From Candidatus Uhrbacteria bacterium (lineage in GTDB: Bacteria; Patescibacteriota; Patescibacteriia; UBA9934), in assembly GCA_943358395.1 (NCBI GenBank), contig CALRGY010000002.1, positions 1-58,166 on the forward strand: a DNA stretch of 58,166 bases, given 5' to 3'. The notes below the pieces were generated by a model that was not told the origin of the DNA, made no database searches, and worked only from the letters and a program-made list of their open reading frames with translations. How positions within the stretch are numbered: the first letter of the stretch is position 1; each line of letters starts with the position of its first letter. Both the position numbers and the translations under genes were made by a program. Positions 49,295 through 58,022 of this stretch are shown piece after piece.

Positions 49295-49771
49295 CTATTT
49301 CCCGTCCTGTCGGGATTTTTTGATGGATTGGCGCATTTCGCGTCTGTTCATGGGATCTTCAGCTTCTGTGTGTTCCGTTTGTGGTTTAGGATGGTTCGGA
49401 TCATTTTCTACATACATAGTGCCCCGCGGCGTAGAAACAGCATGGTATCCTTCGGGACATTTTTGAACGAACTGTCTGCCACTTTCGGTAGACTGGACAT
49501 ACCATCCCTCGGGTACATCTTCGGCAAATTGGATTCCTCCTGGAATTCCCTGGGCATGATATCCCACGGGAGCTTCAGTTTGCCCTGGTTCTGCTCTCAT
49601 TACTTTAGGACGACGAACATCGGGCGTGATGGTTTTTGGTGCAAATGCAGAAGTTTCAACGGTTGGTTCGATAACAGGTTCTCCTGCATAAGCCTTCTTC
49701 ATTTCTCCCCCACCAAGGAGCGCCGCACCTATTGCCATTCTTGCAAAACTCCCAAATCCACCTTCTCTCAT
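49295..49771 (-). CDS. Hypothetical protein with short internal repeats
   Basis: P.GYH/P.GWY motif occurs three times. Confidence 0.65.
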   Translation of the reverse strand: MREGGFGSFARMAIGAALLGGGEMKKAYAGEPVIEPTVETSAFAPKTITPDVRRPKVMRAEPGQTEAPVGYHAQGIPGGIQFAEDVPEGWYVQSTESGRQFVQKCPEGYHAVSTPRGTMYVENDPNHPKPQTEHTEAEDPMNRREMRQSIKKSRQDGK

Positions 49772-49786
49772 ATGGTCGTATTATTT

Positions 49787-49902
49787 TAGGATTTTCTCAC
49801 TTCCCGCATTGTATCATCGAAAATTGTTCAACGTACCAGGTAGTACGTCTCACGAAATTTGCTCGATGCGCACCGAAACTGGTCGAAAATGAGAACGTCC
49901 TC
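49787..49902. repeat. ~125-bp palindromic element, copy 10 (degenerate arm)
   Basis: TCAACGTACCAGGTAGTACGTCTCACGAA...AAAATGAGAACGTCCT. Confidence 0.8.
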
Positions 49903-49940
49903 AAGATCACGACAAGGGGCGTGATATAATTCTTCACAAT

Positions 49941-50708
49941 ATGGAGGAGAGCGATGAAATCAACATGCTTGCACCATTGCAAAAGAGGCCGACCGGGTCT
50001 TCTCGGAGAGTGTTGGGTATGCTTGGTTTTGTGGTTGGACTTGCTGTGGTGCTGGCATTTTCATGGCGGGTATTTGGCTTTTATCGGGGTATTCGCAGCG
50101 GTGAAATTAACCCGGCATTGGCGTACACCACCACAAGCTTTACCCGAGCGGTTACCGCGTTTGCCGCACAAGCATCAACGAGCACCAATCCTGAGGCACT
50201 CCTCGGCGCGAACGATCCATCACTCGGGAAAAAAGATGCAAAAATTACCGTGGTGGAATTTGCAGACTTTGGGTGCCCGTATTCTCAGGAGGTTGCGCCG
50301 ATTGTTCGCGCGGTGGCGCAGCAGTATGCCGCAGATGTGCAGATTGTATTCCGTAATTTTCCTTTGGAGGAGCTCCATCCAGGATCGACGATTGCTGCAG
50401 AGGCTGGTGGATGTGCCGCAGAGCAGGGAAAGTTTTGGGAGTATCATGATGCAGTATTCGCAAGCAAAGAGCCGTTAGGTGCCGATATGCTTTTAGTGCT
50501 TGCGGATAGCATAGGGCTCGATACTGCGGCATTCATGCGATGCCTGGATACCGATTACTACGCAGACGATTTAGCCGCAGACGTGAACGATGGCGCAATG
50601 AATGGCGTAACCGGTACCCCAACATTCTTCTTTAACGGAAAAAAGGTAGAGGGATCTATTCCATTTACCATTTTTACCCAAATTCTCGATGCCATGCGTA
50701 AAACGTAA
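49941..50708 (+). CDS. DsbA/thioredoxin-fold membrane-anchored protein
   Basis: VVEFADFGCPYS, FRNFPL, QGKFWEYHD, GVTGTPTFFFNG. Confidence 0.92.
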   Translation: MEESDEINMLAPLQKRPTGSSRRVLGMLGFVVGLAVVLAFSWRVFGFYRGIRSGEINPALAYTTTSFTRAVTAFAAQASTSTNPEALLGANDPSLGKKDAKITVVEFADFGCPYSQEVAPIVRAVAQQYAADVQIVFRNFPLEELHPGSTIAAEAGGCAAEQGKFWEYHDAVFASKEPLGADMLLVLADSIGLDTAAFMRCLDTDYYADDLAADVNDGAMNGVTGTPTFFFNGKKVEGSIPFTIFTQILDAMRKT

Positions 50709-52137
50709 ATTATTCCTTCTTGCCCTTACGGCATGGTTTGCGCTTGCCCCAAGTGCGGCATTTGCGTCGTATCAATCCTGTGACTGTTTTTGCGGCGTAC
50801 CAGGAGCTGGTGCAACCTCCGAGGGGGCCATGGAAAGCTCGACGTGCCAGGCGAAATGCGCAGACATCGCCAAGAAAAAGCCAGACACGAAGTTCGTGGG
50901 GTGTTTTACGGATCCACAATTTTATCCAGACAGGAACCCGAAATGTTGGACAGAAGAAGCCTGCTCTGCATGGAAGGGATACAATGGAATTACACCTATT
51001 ACTGCTGATTGGGATAAGGGCCAGATGCCATACGACTGTGCAAAAACCAAGACCAGTCAAAAAGAGCAGCATTATTGCTACGCAGAAGATGCAGAGTACA
51101 AATTGAATGTTCCTATCGGGAGCATTAGCTCCGTCGATAATCTTCCTGCCTACATTAACGGCATCTATACCTGGTTACTTCCCGCTGCTGCCCTTATTGC
51201 CGTCGTCATGATGATGCTTGGTGGGCTGCAATACGTGATGTCGCGCGGCAAAGAAAAATACATCACCAAAGGAAAAGATCGCATTACGAATGCGATTACC
51301 GGATTAGTGATTCTCTTAAGCATCTTCGTTATTCTGAACCTCGTCGACCCCCGATTAACCGTGTTGAATTCGCTGAAATTACCGATGATGAAAGAAGTGA
51401 CGCTTCTTGATGTGGATTCCTCCTGCGAACGACTAGGGGATAGTGATGTGGGGTACAAAGTGGATCTGGTGACCGCACCAGAATCCTGTGGAGGAACGGG
51501 GCGAATCAGTGACAGCAGTGGTCTTGTTTCGGGAGCGGTCGGTTCATGGAAAGAGGGGGATTTGTGTGAATATATGAAGTGTACAGGTGCTGATCAGGGG
51601 AAAGTGTGTATCGCAGATGGTACAGCTAAAGTATGCAAATCATGCGCCGAGGTTCCAGATGCAACCTCATCAACCTGTTCGGCACTTGCTGATACTGGCC
51701 GAGGAGAAGAGATACAGGTGTATTGTGAGTATGATAGTAACCTCAAAGGTTGTGTGACCGCTGGAAATTCATTTCCGAGCATGCAAGGCATTGATTGCGC
51801 CGAACTTCGAGCACAATCTGGAGTGGAGGAAAAAGGAAGTCCGCAAGGGTGTAAAGTCTATCAAGACTTAACGGCGAAGAGATCGTATTCTTCCAGCCTC
51901 ACATCATCTGAAAGAGAGCCGTTTTCATCTGATATTGATTCGAGCTCTTGGGATGGCAAATTACTCAAGAAAATTTGCGAGGAAGATTTTTGCGAAGTTG
52001 CAGACTATGTCGGCGCGAACGGCTGTAACTATTCAACGGGTACTGCCGCAGATCTGGAGTCATATTTTGCAAAGGGATTTGATTTCTTCGGGCTACCAGT
52101 CAACAAATCCGTTGGACACTACTGTAATACGTACTAG
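50689..52137 (+). CDS. Cys-rich protein with TrbC/VirB2-like pilin domain
   Basis: Signal peptide; LIAVVMMMLGGLQY.MSRG......GKDRITNAITGLVILL.....LN.V.P; many Cys. Confidence 0.8.
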   Translation: MPCVKRKLFLLALTAWFALAPSAAFASYQSCDCFCGVPGAGATSEGAMESSTCQAKCADIAKKKPDTKFVGCFTDPQFYPDRNPKCWTEEACSAWKGYNGITPITADWDKGQMPYDCAKTKTSQKEQHYCYAEDAEYKLNVPIGSISSVDNLPAYINGIYTWLLPAAALIAVVMMMLGGLQYVMSRGKEKYITKGKDRITNAITGLVILLSIFVILNLVDPRLTVLNSLKLPMMKEVTLLDVDSSCERLGDSDVGYKVDLVTAPESCGGTGRISDSSGLVSGAVGSWKEGDLCEYMKCTGADQGKVCIADGTAKVCKSCAEVPDATSSTCSALADTGRGEEIQVYCEYDSNLKGCVTAGNSFPSMQGIDCAELRAQSGVEEKGSPQGCKVYQDLTAKRSYSSSLTSSEREPFSSDIDSSSWDGKLLKKICEEDFCEVADYVGANGCNYSTGTAADLESYFAKGFDFFGLPVNKSVGHYCNTY

Positions 52138-52202
52138 GGAAGAGTTCCTTTCATCGGATGCTAAACAAAAATCCCACTGGTTTCAGTGGGATTTTTTGAG
52201 TC

Positions 52203-52544
52203 TTACTTTTTCACCACCAGCTCACGGAGCTTGCGGCTGAAGTCTTTGATGAAGTTCAGCTTGCGCTTGCGAACTTTGTAGCGCTTCACGACTTCGATGT
52301 TTGCAATGGCTGGGGAAGAAACGGGGAAGATTTTTTCTACACCGAATCCGTTGCTTTCTTTGCGTACCACGAATGACTTTGATGCGCCTGCGCCACGGGT
52401 GGACGTGACTAATCCTTCAAAGATCTGCACGCGTTCGCGGGGTTCGCCTTTGGCATTCACGTCCTGAATCTTTTCGTGAAGGCGAATCACCATACCGGTT
52501 TCAACGGTTGGGATGGCTTGAGGGGTGACTGTTTCTTCGGTCAT
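52203..52544 (-). CDS. rplS: 50S ribosomal protein L19
   Basis: ERVQIFEG, F.VRK.S.G.GVEKIFP.SP, KVR..KL. Confidence 0.95.
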   Translation of the reverse strand: MTEETVTPQAIPTVETGMVIRLHEKIQDVNAKGEPRERVQIFEGLVTSTRGAGASKSFVVRKESNGFGVEKIFPVSSPAIANIEVVKRYKVRKRKLNFIKDFSRKLRELVVKK

Positions 52545-52600
52545 AGTAGGGGTTTGGGTTCCTAAAGATGGGGGAATGATAGCGAAAAAGTGCAAGAGGG

Positions 52601-53155
52601 TCAAGATTTTTGGGAGACGGCAGCAATGATAGCGGCTGTAACTTCTGCGGCATTCTGATGAGTGGTATCGATGACAAGATCGAAGTTTTTGCTATTTTGC
52701 AGGGAAATTCCATACCATTTCTGGTATCGCGCTTCATTTTGCGCCACGCGTTCTGTAAGAATGTGCTGCGTTTCCACTGCAGATGTATACAGTGGCTCGT
52801 CATTTCTGCCATGCTCCTTGCTTCGTGCGGCAAAGATACGTTCTGCGGCAATAGTAGGGTCGACAGTAAGCTGCACTTTGAAGGCATGGGGAATGAAATG
52901 CCACGAGAGCCAGCCGTCGATAATGAAATTATCTTCTGTGGCGCCGAGCGTGGCTTGGAATTCATCAACAGCGCGATCGGAAGTGATGTCATCCATGCCC
53001 CGTGCATTGAGTTCATCGATGGTAATACCCTGTTCAAGCGCCATTTTTCCCCGAAGGTCACCCATGGAATAGGCCGTAAGCCCCAGGCGTTCCGCGAGGA
53101 GATTTTTTACGGTCGATTTTCCTGCTCCAGGTGCTCCAGACAATGCAATAATCAT
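52601..53155 (-). CDS. cmk: Cytidylate kinase, type 2 (archaeal-like)
   Basis: IALSGAPGAGKST, S.GD..., DR.VD, RY..WYGI, DLVIDTT. Confidence 0.85.
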   Translation of the reverse strand: MIIALSGAPGAGKSTVKNLLAERLGLTAYSMGDLRGKMALEQGITIDELNARGMDDITSDRAVDEFQATLGATEDNFIIDGWLSWHFIPHAFKVQLTVDPTIAAERIFAARSKEHGRNDEPLYTSAVETQHILTERVAQNEARYQKWYGISLQNSKNFDLVIDTTHQNAAEVTAAIIAAVSQKS

Positions 53156-53161
53156 AGAGTT

Positions 53162-54094
53162 TTATCGAGAAGCGCGTTGTAGATGCGGTTCCGCGAGTTT
53201 TGTGAGTGCAGTTTCGAGCTCCGGAGGCAATGGCGCTTCAAAGGTTTTCTGTTCCCTATTTGGGAGCGTAAGTGCCAGGAGTCGTGCGTGCAAAAAGAGC
53301 CGGCCAAGAGGAATAATTTTGATACCGCGAATGGTATACAGCTCGTCGCCAGCAACGGGGTGCCCAAGGGCAAAGAAATGGGCCCGAATTTGGTGCGTGC
53401 GGCCGGTTTCGATGCGAACGTCCAGGAGTGTGGCACTTGCGTAACGATGCATCACGTCGAAGTGGGTGATAGCCTCTTTGCCTTCTTGTGAATTGGGTCG
53501 TGCTGCCATACGGGCATTGCTTTGTGAACGGGCGATGGGGAAGGTGATGGTGCCGGTGTCATCGGTAACGGTGCCCATGACGAGGGCGGTGTATCGCTTT
53601 TCCGTAAGCCGTTGGGCAAATTGTGCCTTGAGATGCGTGAATGCTGGCGCGGTTTTTGCCACAATCAGCACGCCAGATGCATATTTGTCGAGGCGATGCA
53701 CAATGCCGGGCCGAGTGGCATCGTCGCCAATGGTGGTGATAGAGGGAATATATGCCTTGAGAAGATCGAGAAGCGTGGGCTCAGTGCTGGCAGATGTTGG
53801 GTGCACTAAAAGCCCCGCTGGTTTATTGACGACAAGAACATCGGCGTCTTCGTACAGAATGGAAAGTGGTGCGGTTTGCGCGGCAGTTGGCTGGTATACG
53901 GGAACGGTGGGATCGATGATGGTTACTGTGGACTGCGAAGAAACCAAGAGATGGGCGTTTGCAAGGGAATCGTTAACAAAAACACGCTGATCGGTAATGA
54001 TTGTTGCGGCTTTTGCGCGGCTCATACCAAGCGTTTCTGCCAGGGCAACGTCGAGGCGCTTGGGTTCGGTATTGAGAAGGCTAAGAATTTTCAT
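53162..54094 (-). CDS. RluA/RluD family pseudouridine synthase
   Basis: RLDVAL, NKPAGL.VHP, RPGIVHRLDK..SG, TGRTHQIRAH, GD.LY, FLHA. Confidence 0.95.
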   Translation of the reverse strand: MKILSLLNTEPKRLDVALAETLGMSRAKAATIITDQRVFVNDSLANAHLLVSSQSTVTIIDPTVPVYQPTAAQTAPLSILYEDADVLVVNKPAGLLVHPTSASTEPTLLDLLKAYIPSITTIGDDATRPGIVHRLDKYASGVLIVAKTAPAFTHLKAQFAQRLTEKRYTALVMGTVTDDTGTITFPIARSQSNARMAARPNSQEGKEAITHFDVMHRYASATLLDVRIETGRTHQIRAHFFALGHPVAGDELYTIRGIKIIPLGRLFLHARLLALTLPNREQKTFEAPLPPELETALTKLAEPHLQRASR

Positions 54095-54197
54095 AGCCGG
54101 AGTATTGCACAGAATGCCTATCCGTGAAAGCGGTATACTTGAGAAAACACTGAAGAAAGAGTAAAATAATGTTTGATTCTTTTTATACGTAAAGCGT

Positions 54198-54321
54198 AGA
54201 AGACCAACGAAGTTCGTCATATACAAGGAAGATTTCAAGAACCGACGAGCCGTACTCATCGTACGGTGAGGAGGCTCGAAGGAATCTGACGCGGTAGATG
54301 ACGAACTTGGGTTGGTTTTCT
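54198..54321. repeat. ~125-bp palindromic element, copy 11 (divergent arms), abutting tRNA-Ile 5' end
   Basis: IR AGAAGACCAAC.AAGTTCGTCAT/ATGACGAACTT..GTTGGTTTTCT; core GAGCCGTACTCATCGTACGGTGAG. Confidence 0.7.
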
Positions 54322-54397
54322 GGACCCATAGCTCAACGGTTAGAGCACCGAGCTTATACCTCGGCGGTTCCTGGTTCGAGTCCAGGTGGGTCTACCA
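54322..54397 (+). tRNA. tRNA-Ile(UAU)
   Basis: Anticodon arm CCGAG-CTTATAC-CTCGG, discriminator A, encoded CCA. Confidence 0.93.
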
Positions 54398-54401
54398 AAC
54401 T

Positions 54402-54560
54402 ATGTATTTTGTCCTTCCTCTTCTTCTCAGCCTTGCTGTCATATTCGGCATTCTTGGCCGACAGCAGCACAATCACGAATTTATCGGGCTGTCGTATATT
54501 TTCTTCCTTGCGACATTTGGTGCTGGCACCGTGCTCTTTTTTGCGCTGAGCGCGCTCTAA
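54402..54560 (+). CDS. Small hypothetical membrane protein
   Basis: 52 aa with two hydrophobic segments. Confidence 0.5.
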   Translation: MYFVLPLLLSLAVIFGILGRQQHNHEFIGLSYIFFLATFGAGTVLFFALSAL

Positions 54561-54563
54561 TAT

Positions 54564-54962
54564 ATGCCAGACGGTTTCCAATCGGTACTATGGGTGCTGT
54601 GTGGAGGGTGGTTTATTATCTACTGGATTTTGGGCGGTGTGGTGTTTGCGCTTGTTGCCGCAGCACGTTCAACGCACATGCGGAAAGCGCGGTTTAGCTG
54701 CTTGTTTACCCTTGGTAGTGCTGCAGCGGCATATGGTGCGGCGGTTGTTGGGCTACTTTTGCTGCGCCCCCGGGGGCCACGGTGCCCAGAAGAGTTTTTG
54801 CCGCCAAAGGCATTTATGGTAGCAAAAGACGTCGGTTTGTACGACGCATTGCTCTGCGATACCCGAGCAATCATGACCGCAGGAGCGCTCTTCTTCATGC
54901 TCCTTCTTGCCTTGGGTGTTATGGCAATGCTGGTATCGGGAATTGAAAGGTCGAAAAAATAG
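54564..54962 (+). CDS. Hypothetical membrane protein
   Basis: Three hydrophobic helices. Confidence 0.6.
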   Translation: MPDGFQSVLWVLCGGWFIIYWILGGVVFALVAAARSTHMRKARFSCLFTLGSAAAAYGAAVVGLLLLRPRGPRCPEEFLPPKAFMVAKDVGLYDALLCDTRAIMTAGALFFMLLLALGVMAMLVSGIERSKK

Positions 54963-55012
54963 TCTTGTACTTTCTCAAACAAAACACCGTCCCTATCTGG
55001 GACGGTGTTTTG

Positions 55013-55089
55013 TGGTGCGCGCATGTGGATTCGAACCACAGACCTTCACAATGTCAATGTGACGCTCTAACCAACTGAGCTATGCGCGC
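55013..55089 (-). tRNA. tRNA-Val(GAC)
   Basis: Anticodon GAC, encoded CCA; terminator hairpin 54979-55012. Confidence 0.95.
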
Positions 55090-55093
55090 CTTT

Positions 55094-55218
55094 GAGAACT
55101 TCCTCATTTGGTCTCTTTTCGGCTTGCTGCGTCGCAAATTCGTTCAACGTACCGTGAAGTACGTCTCACGAATTTTGCTCCTTGCGCACCGAAAATAGCC
55201 ACAAATGAGAAAGTTCTA
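55094..55218. repeat. ~125-bp palindromic element, copy 12, in tRNA-Val leader
   Basis: IR AGAACTTCCTCATTTG/CAAATGAGAAAGTTCT; core TCAACGTACCGTGAAGTACGTCTC. Confidence 0.88.
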
Positions 55219-55251
55219 TCCGTAAAATGATACGGTTCCAAAGAGACCATG

Positions 55252-56646
55252 TCAATTTTGCGTTGCCAAATATCGAGCGAAATCGAGTGCGGCGGCACGG
55301 GAGGAAAGATGGCCTTCGAGTTGAGCACTGCGGATACTATCGAGGTATTCGCGAATGCGGGGGCCGGGGGAGAAATTAAGCGCAAGTAAGTCGCGACCAC
55401 GCACCAGTTCTTCTGGGGCTGGTTCACTGAGCCACTTTGCGCGCTCATTCCGAAGGAAAATAAGGTTTTCTCTTGCAGTGCCATGGTTGTGTTTTGCACT
55501 GATGGTGGCGTCAAGGAGTGCAAGAAGTTCAGCGCCACGTTGCCCGCGCGTGAGGCGTTCCCGTTCTGCGGGAGAAAGATCTGTGGCGTGCCCGTGGGTA
55601 AGAGTAACGGTTTTATTCAGCATCCATCCGGCATGGGTGTGATCAAAGTGGAAACGATGATCGTCTACAGCGTGAAGGTGAAGGCGGGTAACAATGTTGC
55701 GCAATGCACCCATGGCACCGTCGTCAAGAAGTGCCAAAATGCCAGCAATGTTGCGCGTGGCGCTTTTGTGTGCAGTGCCGTAGGTACGAGTGCTTTCGTA
55801 GTGGGTAAGTGCATCCAGTAGCCGATGCGTTTTTTGCCAACCGGTTTCTCCGTCGTCATGAATGGTTGCGCCATGATGCAGAAGCTCTGGAGCAAGGGAT
55901 TCCAACGCACCACTGTCTTTCAGAAGGGTAAGGGCATACTTGGGATTGTGTGCCAGCGCCATAACAACATCGTGCCCTAAACGTACCCGGGGGATAACGT
56001 AGTGCGTATTGCCTTCCTCGTCATGATCGATGCGATGCACTGACGAGTGATGACGGGAAAGGGCATCCCACAGTGCGGGGTCAAGAGTGAAATTGTGTTG
56101 GCTTGCTAAACGAATCGCTCGTGCAACAAGCGCTGGTTCCTGAGAAAGGTGGAGCGCTGGGTGATGAAGTGTACGGATTGTTTTTGTGTGCAAAAGATCG
56201 TTGAGCCCACCGTGCGGGTCGTGAAGAATGCCGTTGTTGAAAGAGTATGCAATGGCATTGATGGAAAAATCGCGGCTTGCTAAATCGTCGTGTAGCGATC
56301 GGTCATGTCCAGGGATACGGTTGACGGTGCCGGTGCTGTCGAGTGTACGAATGTGCGGCGTAGTAATGGAAATGGTTTCTTGTGTGCTGTGCGGTGTGAC
56401 GTGCCAGTGCCCAGACGTATGCTGCGTCACAGTGCCGTGCGCCTGTAAGAATCGATGCAGTACCGGTGGCGCAACGTCACGTACCATCACATGTGCCCGA
56501 TGCGGAACCACCCCAAGAACAGCATCGCGCACTGTTCCGCCCACCAAGTACGGATCTGCAGCAGGAATATCTCGCACCATCTTAAACAGCAGCCCCAGCG
56601 GAGCCGTATCTGCAACGTATGCGCCAACCCTGCGGTGCGCTGGCAT
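55252..56646 (-). CDS. CCA-adding enzyme/poly(A) polymerase family protein with degenerate active site
   Basis: YLVGGTVRD..LG, DDL..RDFSINAIA, DPHGG..DL, G.DL.....PGP. Confidence 0.85.
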   Translation of the reverse strand: MPAHRRVGAYVADTAPLGLLFKMVRDIPAADPYLVGGTVRDAVLGVVPHRAHVMVRDVAPPVLHRFLQAHGTVTQHTSGHWHVTPHSTQETISITTPHIRTLDSTGTVNRIPGHDRSLHDDLASRDFSINAIAYSFNNGILHDPHGGLNDLLHTKTIRTLHHPALHLSQEPALVARAIRLASQHNFTLDPALWDALSRHHSSVHRIDHDEEGNTHYVIPRVRLGHDVVMALAHNPKYALTLLKDSGALESLAPELLHHGATIHDDGETGWQKTHRLLDALTHYESTRTYGTAHKSATRNIAGILALLDDGAMGALRNIVTRLHLHAVDDHRFHFDHTHAGWMLNKTVTLTHGHATDLSPAERERLTRGQRGAELLALLDATISAKHNHGTARENLIFLRNERAKWLSEPAPEELVRGRDLLALNFSPGPRIREYLDSIRSAQLEGHLSSRAAALDFARYLATQN

Positions 56647-56681
56647 GGAACGAGTGGAGTACCAGACGGGGTTCATAATGG

Positions 56682-56749
56682 GAGAATTGTTTCATTTTGA
56701 CTATTTTCAGCTTGCAGCATCGAAACTAGCCTAAAATGAAAAAGTTCTC
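56682..56749. repeat. Internally deleted element, copy 13
   Basis: Arms GAGAATTGTTTCATTTTG...CATCGAAACTAGCCTAAAATGAAAAAGTTCTC, core absent. Confidence 0.7.
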
Positions 56750-56802
56750 TAAGCAGTATATCATGGAAGAATCGCGATTTTTATGGCATCATTAAAATAT
56801 CT

Positions 56803-57021
56803 ATGCGTACTATTGAAATCCATGCAGTCGTTTGGAAAGAGGGTCGTCAATACGTTGCTCAATGTTTAGATGTTGATGTATCGAGCTTTGGATCAACCGA
56901 GGCAAAGGCACTAGCTCGTCTTCATGAGGCTGTTGAATTATGGTTTGATGGCAAGAAAACACCTCGTGTTATGAAGGTGAAAGAGCCGAATTTGGTTTCG
57001 ATGGATCTTGTGTGTGCCTAG
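56803..57021 (+). CDS. hicB: HicB-like antitoxin
   Basis: WKEG..YVAQC..VDVSSFG.T...AL..L.EAVEL. Confidence 0.85.
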   Translation: MRTIEIHAVVWKEGRQYVAQCLDVDVSSFGSTEAKALARLHEAVELWFDGKKTPRVMKVKEPNLVSMDLVCA

Positions 57022-57217
57022 TCCAGTGTTACTTCGATTGATACTTCGGATTCTTGAACAAAACGGATTTTTACTTGTTTCACAAAGAGGCAGTCATCTA
57101 AAATTGCACAAAGGATCGTGGACGGTCATTGTGCCGATCCACGGCAAGGAAATTCCATACGGAACATTTCGATCAATCTTGCGTCAATCAAATTTACAGG
57201 AAGAAGATTTTCGATAG
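57014..57217 (+). CDS. hicA: HicA family toxin
   Basis: LE.NGF..VSQRGSH.KL.....VIVP.H..EI..GT.RSILRQ. Confidence 0.9.
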   Translation: MPSPVLLRLILRILEQNGFLLVSQRGSHLKLHKGSWTVIVPIHGKEIPYGTFRSILRQSNLQEEDFR

Positions 57218-57220
57218 AGC

Positions 57221-58022
57221 CTATTTGATAAATTGCATAACCCCTGCCAGTGCCAAACCAAATCCAAGGATAAGTCCGGCGACGGTGCCGGCGTGGCGAG
57301 GGAAGCGTTGGACGGCGGAGGAGAGAATGATGGATGTGGAGGATTGCAGAGCGAAGATGCCGATGATGGTCATTACAATCGATCCCTCGAGGAAGCAGAG
57401 CAAGGCGAAGACGGTTGCGATGATTGTCGTTGGCATTCTGCCGAATCGATCCGCGAAGATACCGCCGGCAAGTTTGCCGATTCCCGCAGCAATGCCAAAC
57501 GCAAGGATCATCGGAAGAAGTGATGATGCGCTCTGGTGCAGCCAAAGCGTGGAACGGGAGGCGACGAAGAGGACAAGGGCGCCGATGATGAGGATTGAAT
57601 GAATCGATAATTGAGAGGAATGAGCTGTCATCGGAACCATGATCGAGGATGCGTGCGTGTTGTTTTTTACGATGATAAGGATCACGACGAGGATAATCGT
57701 TATAGTAATCAGAATCGGAATCATTGAGAATGACTGCATTGCGGCGAGCGTTCCCAGGGTGAGTCCGATCACTCCCGGTGCTGCAAAGAGGGCAGCGCCA
57801 ATGGATTTCTTCGGTGTAGCAAGGCTGGAAAGAGCACCGGCGCCAACGTGAATCATCGCGGATCCTACAGCGATCATCGTTAAAGCAAGGATCGGTTGAG
57901 AAGAGAAAGAAACAAGACCGATACCCATGACACTCATTCCGAAAACAATCGCGGAAAAGTGCGCTTTGAGGCGATCGACGAGCACGCCGAAGAGCGGTTG
58001 AAGGGCAAAGGCAACGACGTTA
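57221..58022 (-). pseudogene. MFS-like membrane transporter gene, 5' truncated by IS
   Basis: Begins abruptly at NVVAFALQPLFG..VDR; GG.FADRFG motif; abuts the IS end. Confidence 0.6.
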
